Positions 25,316-37,525 of a DNA stretch of 64,000 nucleotides are shown here, piece by piece; within the stretch, counting starts at the first letter, position 1; each line of letters starts with the position of its first letter. The translations under genes and the position numbers were made by a program. Source of the stretch: Camelus dromedarius (lineage: Eukaryota). The notes below the pieces were generated by a model that made no database searches, was not told where the DNA came from, and worked only from the letters and a program-made list of their open reading frames with translations. The stretch spans positions 49,602,001 through 49,666,000 of the forward strand of contig NC_087436.1 in NCBI RefSeq assembly GCF_036321535.1, read 5' to 3'.

Positions 25316-25839
25316 AAAACACTGTATTTGTAAGTTTCTATTTCTTCTATCACCAAATGAGCAGGCTTATTGTAAGTTACACAATGATCCAATCTAATTC
25401 ATAGTGTCCACCCCCCATCTCAAACTTCGGGATTTAAACACAAATATTGGTTAGTTTCTAGAGCTAAGGTGTTTCAGAACACTTTCCTTCAAGACAAATT
25501 TATGGAGAGCAACCTTTTCTTTACTGATTTTTATTGTACTATTGAAAGCATGTTTCAATCAGAAAAAAAAATCTCCAGAGGACTGACTTAAAATATTTTG
25601 TGGTCCAGTGCATGAAATATTGTGATGTTTTCTAGAACTTTCAAAAATCTGTAGCCTTATTTTAACTTTGGACTCTCTTCTTCAAATCCAAAATCTGAGG
25701 GAAAGGAAGAGTGGCAGGAAGCGGGTCATGTACATCCGTGTTCTTCTCTCCTCTTTGTCCTTGTTCACCTCATCACCTTTCCCTTGCTTCCTTTTCACTA
25801 GGTCCTTATCCCATCTGAGGGGTCATGAGACATATTGAG

Positions 25840-26200
25840 GATAGAAAAATAAAAGCAACCCAATCTGAAAATTTAGGGAATTCCCACTATGATTAAAAAG
25901 GCCAGTGGATGGAGAGGTGCTGTCTATAAGCAAGGTGTTAGAATAGAAGTATAAATAGGTAGGCGTGGAGGCAGAAACACTTAATTTTGTGATGAGAAGG
26001 AGGGACAGTTGGGGACATCACAAGAAAGGTCTTTATCTGAATCATCAGTATTCAAGGTAGAAGGTGTGTGTATGGGTGTGTGTGTGTGTGTCTGTGTGTA
26101 GGACATCCAGGAGGAATGAACAGCCTGTGTGAAGACATGGAAGTCTGAGAGCTTTATAGTGTTGTTTCTGGAGAGCTTTGATGTATCCAGAATTGATGTG
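25840..26200 (-). mobile_element. L2 remnant with internal (TG)n
   Basis: catccaggaggaatgaacagcctgtgtgaagacatggaagtctgag resembles antisense L2. Confidence 0.55.
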
Positions 26201-26579
26201 TAGAAGTATTAAAGGAGACCTTCAGGAAAGTCTCTTTTGGGGCCTAATACTTCCGGGACCACGGTGTAAGAACTTCTTTTCCCATCTCACAATGAATGTG
26301 AAGAATTAATAGGCAAGGACTATTTTCCTAAATCAAGGTATGTTGAAGTCTTCTTGTCCTTTCCTGAAGATAAATTCAGGGCAGCATCTGTACCATCTGT
26401 AAATCCACCACTGAAAACCTTGTGTTTGTGCTTTTCTCCTTTTGTGTTTCTGGGAAAGAATAGAGATGATACTTGATCCATAGTATTGTAAATGAATTAA
26501 ATACTTTTGACTAGATAGTCTCATGGGCCAAGGATTTCTGCTCATGACAGCATTCAGTCAAAATAATGAAATCTACCAG

Positions 26580-27010
26580 GCATCCTTGCTTAGCCCTAAA
26601 CAACAGAATGAATCTGAGGTGAAATTTCTATGCTAATGCTTTACTGCAGAGTACAAGTCAGGGACGGTGGGAATGAAGGGAAAAGGGAAGTGAGGAAGAA
26701 ACAAAGGGAAAGCACATGGAACCTGTTGTGTTATTGAAGTGGCCACAGCTTCAGGAAAAAACACAGACATTTAGCTAAGTCTTTCCGGATGGCTCTGGGG
26801 AACCATGTGGGACCATGGTTTCTGGTACAGTCTGCGAGAGGGAGGGAGGAAGAGGAGTTTATCTTCCGGGTTCTTCTGCGTCCTGTTCAACATTAACTCC
26901 CTCCCCCTTACAGGGTTCCAGCATAGCGGGTGGCCGTGCTGTAGCCTAAGGTTCCAGAAGGAAGTGGATATGGAACATCGTTAAGCCCAATGCGAACGGG
27001 GAAGAGGGTT
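26580..27010 (-). mobile_element. Ancient ERVL-type LTR remnant
   Basis: ctgaggtgaaatttctatgctaatgctttactgcagagtacaagtcaggg...gttattgaagtggccacagc resembles LTR16/33. Confidence 0.5.
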
Positions 27011-29964
27011 TGCTGAGAGGGAAAAAGTAGCCTCAGAGTTTTTAGAAATGATTCTTTTAGCCAGAAGTTGTATGCCGAATGCTATCATGGACAGAAAGGA
27101 CTGCTCACCTTGAATGATGTACTTACCTTACTAACCACATGTGTTCTAGAAGTTCCCAGGTCAAATTTAGTCCTTGAGGAGTACTTGTAGATTAAGACAC
27201 GCTGGAGGGCACGCAGTTCCTCTAAACAGACCTTGTTACCATAGGACACAGGGAAGATCTGAACTGCAGCTTGCTGCCTCCGACTGTGTGTGTCTGGCTG
27301 GAGGTCACTTCCAATTTGATAACTAACATTAAGAACATTTATCAGGATGACTTTTCCCCCTAGTTAACAGAGACTCTTCCCACCTGGCCTCTCTTTTTAA
27401 ACTGTTGTGTACCAGTATTAAAACTTTCAAAACCTAATTCTAACTGTCAGAAATGACAGTCGTTTTGTAAATGCCATTACAAAAATAGGGTGTTTTCAGT
27501 TTAGGCTGATCAGTTCCTTCTAAGGGCACTGTTCCTACAGTGTAGGTAGCTGATCCCAGTAGACAGGATCGGCTATAGATTACAGAACTCAGACTGAATG
27601 AGTTATTGTTTTCATAATGCGATTACTTGAGATAAATGAAAAAAAGGTGACACTTCCAGGCTAGATGGTGAGTTCTTTAAAACACACACACACACATATA
27701 CATACATATATATGAAACATATATTTTGATATCATCTTTCACTATTATTTTCATTCTCATTTAGATGACAGGAATATAATTTCTACCTTGCCAATTACAC
27801 TTAAGAGCTCATTTCTTAGATATAGGCGGCAAGACTGAAAGAAATACCAATACCTATACACAAGTGTGTTTTTAATCTATTTTTAATTTCTGTCTCAGTC
27901 AAACCTGAAATGTTGATCTATTGTCCTTCTTTGCATTGCCTTGAACCTACTCGCTGCTCTGCTCACAAATGCTAATATTTCTGTGACACGCAGAGCCTGG
28001 CTCCTGCAGCTTTTGCTTCAGGCATCACCTCATTATTCTTTTCAGCTCCTTATTAGAGAAAAGCCACTGACCTCTTACCTGGGTCTTTCTATCCAGTTAG
28101 TACTTGTGAAAGGGCAGCTCATCTCAAGGCTTCTGTACACCTGCTGTGTTTCTAAATCACCTTACATTCTTATCTTTCTGATTTCCATCTCAGAATAGAA
28201 ATATATTGACAAGGTACCATCTTTCCTCCCTAGTTGTCAAAGAGCCCACGATAACTTACCTCCGTTTAAAAGATGATTACTTTCACAATATTATTGCTGA
28301 TGAAGAGAAAATTTCCTACTATTTATCTTTTTAAAAAAAATCTCTTCTCTCACTTCTTTTTTCCCTTCTTAATGATTGCTAATAAGCATTACTTGGAAAA
28401 TACAACTCTGATATTATATTTCCTGTGTGATTTTAAGCAAGCTTGGTTTCATTCACCCCTGCTCCCAATTTTAAATCTGAGTTCTGCGCACGAGCAAACT
28501 TTTTCCTTCTTACATTAAGACATATTTTGAACATAACATGTCAGAACTGTTTTTAAATGAAGTGGTTGGTCACAGCCACAAATACTAAAGTCTTTCTATT
28601 CATGGAAATCGTTCCCAGGACCCACACCTTCAGGTGCGTTAAAGCTGATGGAAACAAAACATCATTCTAGAACCTAAATTTAAGATATTTCCATATAGAT
28701 TCAACCAAACAGACAATTTTCACAGATGACACCAAATTTCACAGTTTTTTTTTATTTCTCTGAGACTGATTTATGTAAGACTTTTACTTTGATCAATGAC
28801 CTTGAATAAGAATGCTTCTATCGCTTGACTTATGTGCTCCTGACCAGGTTTAAAGATGGGGTCAAAGGGCTGTGTACCATGTGAAATGAAAACATCAGTG
28901 TGTGCAGATGATAGTTCTACAGTGTGTGCACACTACAAAGGACTAGCACTAAGAGATGAGATAGGAGCAATTTCAGGTAAAAGAAAAAAAACAGTCTTTG
29001 AACAATAAGAAGGTGAAAGATTTATTATAAGTAACTCCAAGAGAATTATTTTTGTATGCTACAATATTTCTCAAATCAACATAATCATCTCCACTTTTGT
29101 CATTAAATAACTGGGTAACAACAAGCATTCAAACTCAACCAGGTAAAGCCTGATGTTTACATGGGAGGAATGGTGTTGCCTGCATCAGTGCCTTTTGCTC
29201 CTCCTGTGCCTTTTTCTTTCTTTTTTTTTTTTTGGAGTACACATCCTTTCGTCCAAAGGTTTCTTCCTCACTCCTCAGAATGCTGGTATTGATGGAGAGG
29301 TAGCAGAGTTCACATAAATGAAAGCTTAGAAGATGAATATTTAAATTAAAAATGCTTTAAATTTTATTAAGTTAATATTTATTTTCATGTAAAAAAGGGC
29401 CAGAGTATTGAAAAAATTGGTTAAATATTGGGGAGAGGATTATTTTAATTAATTGCATTGATACGGTCTTTGTGTTTGTGTTTATAGCAGCGTTGGTCAC
29501 CAAGTGATTTTTCCCACAAATGATATTATAGAAGACTGGAGAAGGTCATGTTGTTAAGCATGAATGAGGTCAGAAAAGGAAAATAAAATCTATGCACAGA
29601 GAAAATAGATTTGAATTGCTAATCTGGATTCTGAAGGCTGGCATACTAATATTTATCAGATAGGCATCATCTAATGAAAAATCTAAGGGACACTTACTTT
29701 GCAAGTGTAAGAGGCACCAGAATTTCTTCTTACCCACTAAGTCACGATCAGTTCTGTGAAAGCCAGGGAAATGGAGAAATCATCCCACATCCCTTCTTCT
29801 CCTTTACCATCTTAAACTTTCAAACCAGTCATCATCCATCCCCCATACTGTCATAAAATTGGTCTATCTCTTGTTATTTGTCTACTTAAACCCTTCAATG
29901 GACACCCATTATATATCAGACAAAGTATAATTTCTTGACTAGTGAAAAAGTGTTCCTAGACCCA

Positions 29965-30822
29965 ATTCCAATGTGTGTATATGTGTGTGTAGTCTTACCC
30001 ACACAGATCCCTGGATACCAACAGAGGGAATCCAAGGATTCAACTCAGTTCTGATACTATCTACCCAGAGATAGAATCAGATTCTACAGGTGAAGGGCTC
30101 AGTCCCACAAGACCACCCTCCACTCAGATGCCAATCACAGGCCCAAGTTATTTCCTGCACTTCTGACAAACTGGCTATAAATTAGAGGTCCCCATGACCC
30201 CCTCCTTGGGTTCAATTAATTGGCTAGAATGGCTCACGGAATTCAGGAAAACCCCTTTAACCACTAGATTATCAATTTTTAATGAAAGAGTATTAAAGGA
30301 CACAAATCAAGAGCCAGATAAAGGGATACACCTGGTGAGGACCTGAACAAAGCAGCTTCTGTCCTCCTGGGCGTGGGACCCAGCTTGACTCGGTGGCATG
30401 TGGAAGTGTTCTGGTTCCCCAACAGGGATGCTCTCCAAAAAAGGACCAAAAAGGCTTTTTGCGGAGAGGTTTTTATGGAGGCTTCATTACATAGTCATGA
30501 TTGGTCAGCTCGTTGGCCAGTGTCAATTGATGCAACCTCAAGTCCCGTTCCCCTCCCTGGAAATCAGGGGGTGAAACTGAAAGTTCTAACCCTCTAATCA
30601 CACAGTTGGTTCTCCTGACACCTAGCCCCCACCCTTAGTTGCTTTCCAAAAGTCATCTTATTAACATAACAAAAGACACCTTTTTCATTCTCAACACAGG
30701 CAATTCCAAGGGTTTTGGGAGCTGTGAGCCAGGAACTGTGAATGAAGACCAAATATGTATGAAAATATACATGGGTCACCTGAATGACCAAATACATATT
30801 TCTTATAAATCACAATATCATG
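29965..30822 (-). mobile_element. MER21-like LTR
   Basis: attcaactcagttctgatactatctacccagagatagaatcagattctacaggtgaagggctcagtcccacaagac; end ccaaatacatatttcttataaatcacaatatca is the reverse complement of the MER21 start. Confidence 0.85.
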
Positions 30823-30949
30823 ACTAGTATATAAATTCTTTCATTATTCAACTCTTGAGGAAATAAATGTTCAGTTTTGTCAAGTGACTTCCCCAGTTAC
30901 ACCATGCACTGCATCTGTCTGTGTTATGTATAATTCCCTGAACGTGACT

Positions 30950-31272
30950 TTTACATACATTGTTCCTTTAGCTTGAATGCCTTACCATTTTACTCTTAGT
31001 ATATCTCTCAGACCTCCTACTTAATTTTTGAAAATCAGCTCAATATCACTCACCTTCAGGAAAAGCTATACGTATATAACACTGAATATATAGTTTCTAT
31101 TCTCTTTCATTGTTTTGTTCTTATCGGTCTTGTCATTTTGCTTGTCTCCCATACTGTAAGCACTTTGAGGGCAAACTCTAGGCCTTATTCATCTTGCACA
31201 CCCAAGTATAGCATGACATTTGGTGCACAAGAGTTACAAGATGGACATTTTTGTAAGAAGAGTGAATGGATG
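30950..31272 (+). mobile_element. L2 3' end
   Basis: cagctcaatatcactcaccttcaggaaa...actgtaagcactttgagggca...gagtgaatggatga. Confidence 0.7.
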
Positions 31273-31779
31273 ACCCTGGGAAATAAGACTGTCAGAAATA
31301 GTTTCTGGACACTGTTTAGGTCCATCACACTTAGTTTGGACAATGGACGCCAGTCCGAAGGCCAGTTTTGGATGTAGGGACAGCTCTAAAGCAGGCTTGG
31401 AAGTCTCTTCTTCAGGGTGAAGAATAACCTTTACACAATTCCAGAACTGCCTTAGCTGTCACCGATGGGGAGAGTAAGGTTAATATTGCTGAGTAACATA
31501 AAAGTCCTTTGTCCCAAGTCATTGGTGTTGCCAGGTGTGTTTTGGGGAAGAAACGACTGAATAAATATTTTAATAGACGAATTAATTTTGAGTTGGCTAA
31601 GTGTTTTAAAGATATATTCATTAAATTACAAAGGATCGACGCTTCAAGTGAAGTAGCACATCTGCAAAGCACTGAACTGACTTGCAACTCACTGACCTAA
31701 ATGGGATAGTAAGTATAAATATGGAAGATGGGGGAAGAGTGGCTCTAAAATGAAGACAGAGTTTGTAATGAGAAGAAAA

Positions 31780-31897
31780 GGGAGCATTCAGAGATAACTT
31801 ATTCATCTTGCATTTTCAGCACCTAGAGCAAGGCTTGATACTTGGTAGATGCTCAATATAGTTTTGTTGAATAATTGAATGACTGAGTGAATGAATA
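31780..31897 (+). mobile_element. L2 3' end
   Basis: cagcacctagagcaaggcttgatacttggtagatgctcaatatagttttgttgaataattgaatgactgagtgaatgaat. Confidence 0.75.
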
Positions 31898-32059
31898 AGC
31901 CAGGCAGACAGAAGGAGGGAGATGTGAAGAGCTGCTATATTTGGGTGAGTTTTCAGTAGAAGATCACAGAATGAAAAATGTTCTACTCTGATCATGAATA
32001 AAATGTAGAGAAACGTATGAAGTATTAGCAGAAGGAGAACAGAACAAGCCTAGATTTTA

Positions 32060-32975
32060 AAAAGCTCTCTATCTATGTAATTTATCTTAGAATCCACTGA
32101 TTTTATGTGTACACTTTGATGGAGTTTTATCAAATTTAGTTGTTCAATCAGCAACACAATCTAGTTTTACAACATTCTCATCATCCTCAAAATTCCTCAA
32201 TGCCCATTTTAGCCAATTCTCACTTCTGTCACCAGCCCCAGGTAAACATTGATCTGATCTCTGTCTCTATGGTTTTGCTATTTCTGGAAATTCCATATAA
32301 ATATAATCATACTATATGGAGTCCTTTGTGTAGAATTTCTTTCACTTAGTGTGGTGTTTCTAAAGTTTCATGTTGCATGGATCTACTAATTCATTCCATT
32401 TCCATTGTTAAGTAGTATTCTGTCAAGGGGATATACCACTGTTTGTTTTGCCATTCACCTGTTGATGGACATTTAAATTGTCTCTATTGTTTTTTAATTT
32501 TGAATAATGCTGCTATGAGCATTCACATTAAGTCTTCGTGTGGACATGCACTTTTAAAAATTCTTTTCTTTATTTCTTTCTTTATTTTTGTTTTTTATTG
32601 AAGTGCAGTTGATTTACAATGTTAGTTTCAGGTGTGCAGCAAAGAGATTCAGTTATACATATACATATATAAATATATTTTTTCAGATTATTTTCCATTA
32701 TCTGTTATTACAAGAAATTGAATATAGTTCCCTGTGCTATACAGTAGGTCCTTGTTTATCTATTTTATATATAGTAGTGTGTATCTGTTAATCCCAAACT
32801 CCTAATTTATCTCCCACCCCACCCCTTCCCCTTTGGTAACCATAGTTTGTTTCCTATTGGACATATACCTTTACCTGGGGGGATGGGGCAGGTAGCTGGG
32901 AGTAGATTCACTGGGTCATGTTATAAATATATGTTTAAGTTTCAAGGAAATGCCAATCTACTTTCCAAAGTGCAA
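32060..32975 (-). mobile_element. Old L1 (L1MB/MC-like) 3' end, antisense
   Basis: ccattcacctgttgatggacatttaaattg...tgaataatgctgctatgagcattca; resumes after the nested insert with gggagtagattcactgggtcatg. Confidence 0.85.
32556..32857 (-). mobile_element. Cetartiodactyl-type L1 3' UTR nested in the older L1
   Basis: T-rich tail then ttattgaagtgcagttgatttacaatgtt...tttggtaaccatagtttg; degenerate TSD TGGACATGCACTTTT / TGGACATATACCTTT. Confidence 0.88.
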
Positions 32976-33640
32976 AACTACATCTAATGTGAGTTTTGTT
33001 GTTGTTGTTGATCATTATTATTGAAGTCATTTTCTCTTAATGTTTATTGGTTTAGTGATTAAACTTAACATCTTAAGTCAATTGAGTCATTTTTTTCCAG
33101 ACTTATAAATAGAGATGCAAGAATCACCATATTTAAAAAATTTTTAAAAAATTTTTTGCCAATAAAATCAAAGCAAAACAAAACCTAAGAGCAAGAATAT
33201 GAGAGACTTAAAGGCTTATATGACTGTAGGTGTGCAAACTTTAAAACCAGAGTTTGTTTTCACTTAATAAATCTGATAACGGTCATGATATGAAAATGTA
33301 CCTTGCTTGTATCTTACATATACTTTCTTTATATTATTTTTCAGATATTTTTATATTATTTACATTGTGCATTTAAATTATACTGTTTAACTATAATAAT
33401 TTTGGAGAAAGAGACTATATGATTATATAATCTAATTTATACTAAATTTTAATTATCTGTGTTGAAGAAAAACCATTGCTAGTAGTCCATATAACCAAGT
33501 GCTAAATGATAGCCATTTCCTAAATTACAAGTAATAATTTAGGAGATGCTGAAAAACATAACAGCATTTTATTGGTGGAATATGTTTCAGTTTGTGAAAC
33601 TAGATGATTTTATTATTCCCCCTTGAAAAGTCTTAGTTTC

Positions 33641-33774
33641 TTTTTTTTTTTTTTTGAGGGGGGAGGTAATTAGGTTTATTTATTTATATATTTATTTTAA
33701 CAGAGGTACTGGGGATTAAACCCAGGACCTCATGCATGCTAAGCATAAGCTCTACCATTGAACTATAACCCCCC
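33641..33774 (-). mobile_element. tRNA-Ala-derived SINE (Vic-1-like)
   Basis: Poly(T) then ggggaggtaattaggtttatttattt...gaggtactggggattaaacccaggacctcatgcatgctaagcataagctctaccattgaactata; same family as 8489. Confidence 0.9.
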
Positions 33775-36129
33775 TTAATTTAAATAATTGTAGCATAAAG
33801 TTACTTTTGAACATTCAGTGTACAACTTGGGCCAGGCTTTGCAACAAGTAAAGACGAAAATAATTAACTCTAAACTGCAAAAGAGTACTTTTTGTTTCAT
33901 TGCACAAAATAGCACAAGATGCATGGTGAACACTGTATGTACGAGCATACATATGAGCAAAAACCATTCATGATTTCCAGGTTTTGAAATCTCCTAATTA
34001 TACGAAAATAAAAGATTGTCAGTGAAAGGCATGTTAAAAGCTTCCTGACTAAAATGGCTGCTTTTGGTTTGAGAATCTATTAAGTCACTCTAGTTGCAGA
34101 GGGTTTGCATTTCATTTCTTACAGTCACAGTACACATGGTACAAGACAAAAAAGGGCTGAAAATAAAAATCAGGCCCAAGACTCTAAAAAAGGAAAGTTC
34201 TTTTGTTTCCGTTCCGGACCTCTCCTTAAAGCACGTTCTGCAATGCGCTGGGGTGGGGTGGGTGAGAGTGGAGGTGTGAACAGCTCTTCACAGCTGGTGG
34301 TGGGTGCACATGAGGCTAGATTAGCATCCCTGGTCTCAATACCAGTTTCCATCTTAATGTGAATGAGACTTCAGCATCTGCACAGTAAATCAGTTGGGGT
34401 CCTGGCTCTGGTGTCCTTCAGAATGGTTTGTATTTGTTCTCTTGTTCTGCTTTCTTCCCTTACAAGTAACCCAAAAGAGATGTTTTTTGAAATCTGTGCT
34501 TCCATTAGACACTCATGTTTCTCTTTACAACCTGAGAACACACGTCTCCATCCTCACCATGTTTTAAGGTGAGTCAGCCAGTTAAAGGAATGAAATCACC
34601 TCTGTCTAAAGTAGAGTTCACTTATTAAAAAAAAAATTAATGGATCAGACTGTGCATTGTATAAAGCAAGGCCTTTGCTATTTTTAAAGCCGTGGTCTAG
34701 AGTTAAGGTCAAAATAAACATGCCTCAATGACTTTGGTAGGTAACATTACAAAAAAAAAAGAGAAGCTTCGAGAGGTTAACAGAGGTGACAGTCTGCTCA
34801 TAACTATAAACATTTCTGAGCCTCCGGTGGCATCTCAATATTGTTAGTTGTCCCTTTTACGTGCTCTCACCATATCCTTGTTTACATCTCTGTCTTAATA
34901 ACAGCACATACAGCTATTGTTTTGAATAGTCCTAACTACTCAAACTGGAGTTAGAAAGAAGATAGAGTTTCATTATTTCTCAAAGACCACTTTCAAATGG
35001 CTTTCCCATCCAGTGTCATCTCAGGAAAATCCCATGGCTATCTGATCATTTTCATATATTATACAAAGGATCAGTCCAGTCAAATTTAAAATTATAACCT
35101 TGTATCCAGTGTAACACTCCCTTCTCTCCAGCCCAGGTTTGACTATAACTTGAGTCAGGAGTGGAGTTTATCTACTACTTAACTCCTCTTACCATTTGCT
35201 TTTGTGTTGAAGGGAGGATCTGACACAGAGGGTGTTAGTTCTGTTTCTTTAATGACCACTGTCAGTCATTGCTCTTCCCAGAAGTCTTCATCTTTGTCAT
35301 AGACACCATCTGTGGGCCAAGTGTCCAAATGATTGCACTTCTTTGGGGTTCACGTGTGGACTCTTCAAGAACCTCCTCATTATAACTTCCCAGTGTGAAG
35401 ACCTACTCTGGCTTGACTTCTTCTGACCCCTCCCCAGCTCCTTCCTGATGAGCCCCCACTCCCCAGCCTCTAGATGCCTGTGTATCTCTGTCCTGTTGCT
35501 AGTCTTCTTAGCTGTGGTACCAGCATGCTGATTTAAGCCCTGTTACTTCTTAGACTAAAGGAAAGGCACCAACTCTTGCTAATCCCCTCCTGAGGCAACT
35601 GGTAGAGCACCATGCAATGTTCTAATTACATATCCTGTTTCATTCGCCTGATGGCTGACTTTGCTGCACCACCCTTAAATGACCTTGAAATGACCCTGAA
35701 ATGAGCACAGGACAGGGAGTGGGTAGTGGTCATATCTGAATTTTCAGAACCTGGCTTACTGCCTGGGACAAAGTAGGTGTTCATTAAAGAGCTGTCAAAT
35801 TAGTGAGAAGATAAATTAACAAATGCATTCTTATAGTGAAGAAAAGCCCAGGATATTGATGATGTTATAAAGAAAAAATATAAAATACAACTATTTAGTT
35901 GAAGTATATTAACCAACTCTTTTCCTATCATTTAATATTTTTAAAATTTGACATGTGAAATCCTATGAGACTTCTGATGAATTAAGCATTATTTGTGCAT
36001 TATTTATGCTTCATTTATAAAACTCATCAAATATGGGGAAAAGTTGTATCATGGAGACTATGTCACAGACTTTGGGACGTCTCAGCCAAGCAATTGCTTC
36101 ATTTAAATGTCTTAAGTCAAATTTAAGTC

Positions 36130-36336
36130 TAGTTGACCCTTGAACAGCACAGCTTTGAACTGTACTAGTCCACTCAGACGTGGAGATTTTTCAGTAGTAA
36201 ATACTGTAGTACTACATGATCGGTAGCTGATTGAGTTGGAATCTTGGATATGGAGGGCCGACTATAAGTTACATGTGGACTTTCAACTGAGTGGATGGCC
36301 AGTCTCTGAATCCCTGAGTTGTTCAGGGGTCAACCA
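36130..36336. mobile_element. Tigger2-derived MITE (Tc1/mariner)
   Basis: Terminal inverted repeats agttgacccttgaaca ... tgttcaggggtcaacc followed by TA. Confidence 0.85.
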
Positions 36337-36844
36337 TAGTCCTGTGGCTTTGAAGAAACACAAGTTTTCTCTGGCAATGTGGTGGGTGGCGTTTCTACGA
36401 GCCATTCACCCCACAGCCCTCACTCCATTCCATCTCCTTAATGCTTTGGGCGTCGAGTTTCTACACGTCAGCACTGGGGCCTTCAGGGTAACCTTTGGGG
36501 TTTTGTGGTTGTTGTCGTGTGTGCGTTTGTTTTGTCTAGGCAAGGGCATATGGAAAACACAGTAGTAGCAATTTCACTTTTAATCTCACAGAAATTCCTA
36601 ACCCTACCCTATTGGCATAGTCTTATTTTTTAAATAAAAGTAGAAAAAAATCGGTAAAACCAAATTTCCTAACTTAGTATTTTTGCTTTACCTTTATATA
36701 AGTTTTCCTTAACCAACTCTAAATTCCACTATCAACCCCCAAATTGTCTCTTTGTTATTAGATTTTTTTTTAACAGACAACCCTCTTTGTTAAACCTTTT
36801 TAGAAGCCACTCTCAAACATCTATGGAAACAAAGACAAGGGCCT

Positions 36845-36995
36845 CATGGGACAGGGGTTTAAGATCACCTGGATTCAAGGTTTTGCTACATTACTTCCTA
36901 ACTGGGGACCCTGGAAGGTAAACCACATCTCTGCATTTAAGTTTCATCATCAATAAACTGAGGAAAATAATATAACTTACCACATGAGTTCATTA
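36845..36995 (+). mobile_element. MIR remnant
   Basis: cctggattcaagg...acttacttcctaactggggaccctgg...agtttcatcatcaataaactgaggaaaataa. Confidence 0.65.
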
Positions 36996-37349
36996 AACAG
37001 AGCCAAGAACTAAACTAATAAATCAACAGGTAAGAAGCTCTGGATTATTGACAGTTTACCAAAGGTGTATGTTTATTTGTTTTAGCACTTAGTATTCAAA
37101 ACCTCTTCTAAAATGAGAAACATTGGTTTCAATTTCATCACCCAGGTTGTTTTTTAGATTAGAAACCCCAAGCATAAAGAGTGTTTGCTGACAGATACCC
37201 GTGCCTCCTCTGCTCAGTCCAAACATTGTGAATGTGGATAGTACTTGAGGGACACCCCCTAGCTAGGGCTTCAGAAGGATATTTGTGGAGGTCCTCTGCT
37301 CCCTGAATTTCCTTCTGAGAAAAACGTTTACAAGGGCACAGCTCTTTTT

Positions 37350-37525
37350 AGTTGAAGATGTGCTATGAGCCTCACTAAAACTCTGAGAAGTTGTCCGACG
37401 AGGGATTACTGTCCCCATTTTACAGATAAGGAAAATGAAGCTCAAAGAGGTTAACAGAGGCACCTGAGGTCACATAACTATTTAATAGCACAGTTAGGAT
37501 TAGAACCCTGTTCCTCTGCTTTTCA
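37350..37525 (-). mobile_element. MIR remnant
   Basis: ccccattttacagataaggaaaatgaagctcaaagaggttaa...aggtcacataacta. Confidence 0.8.
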
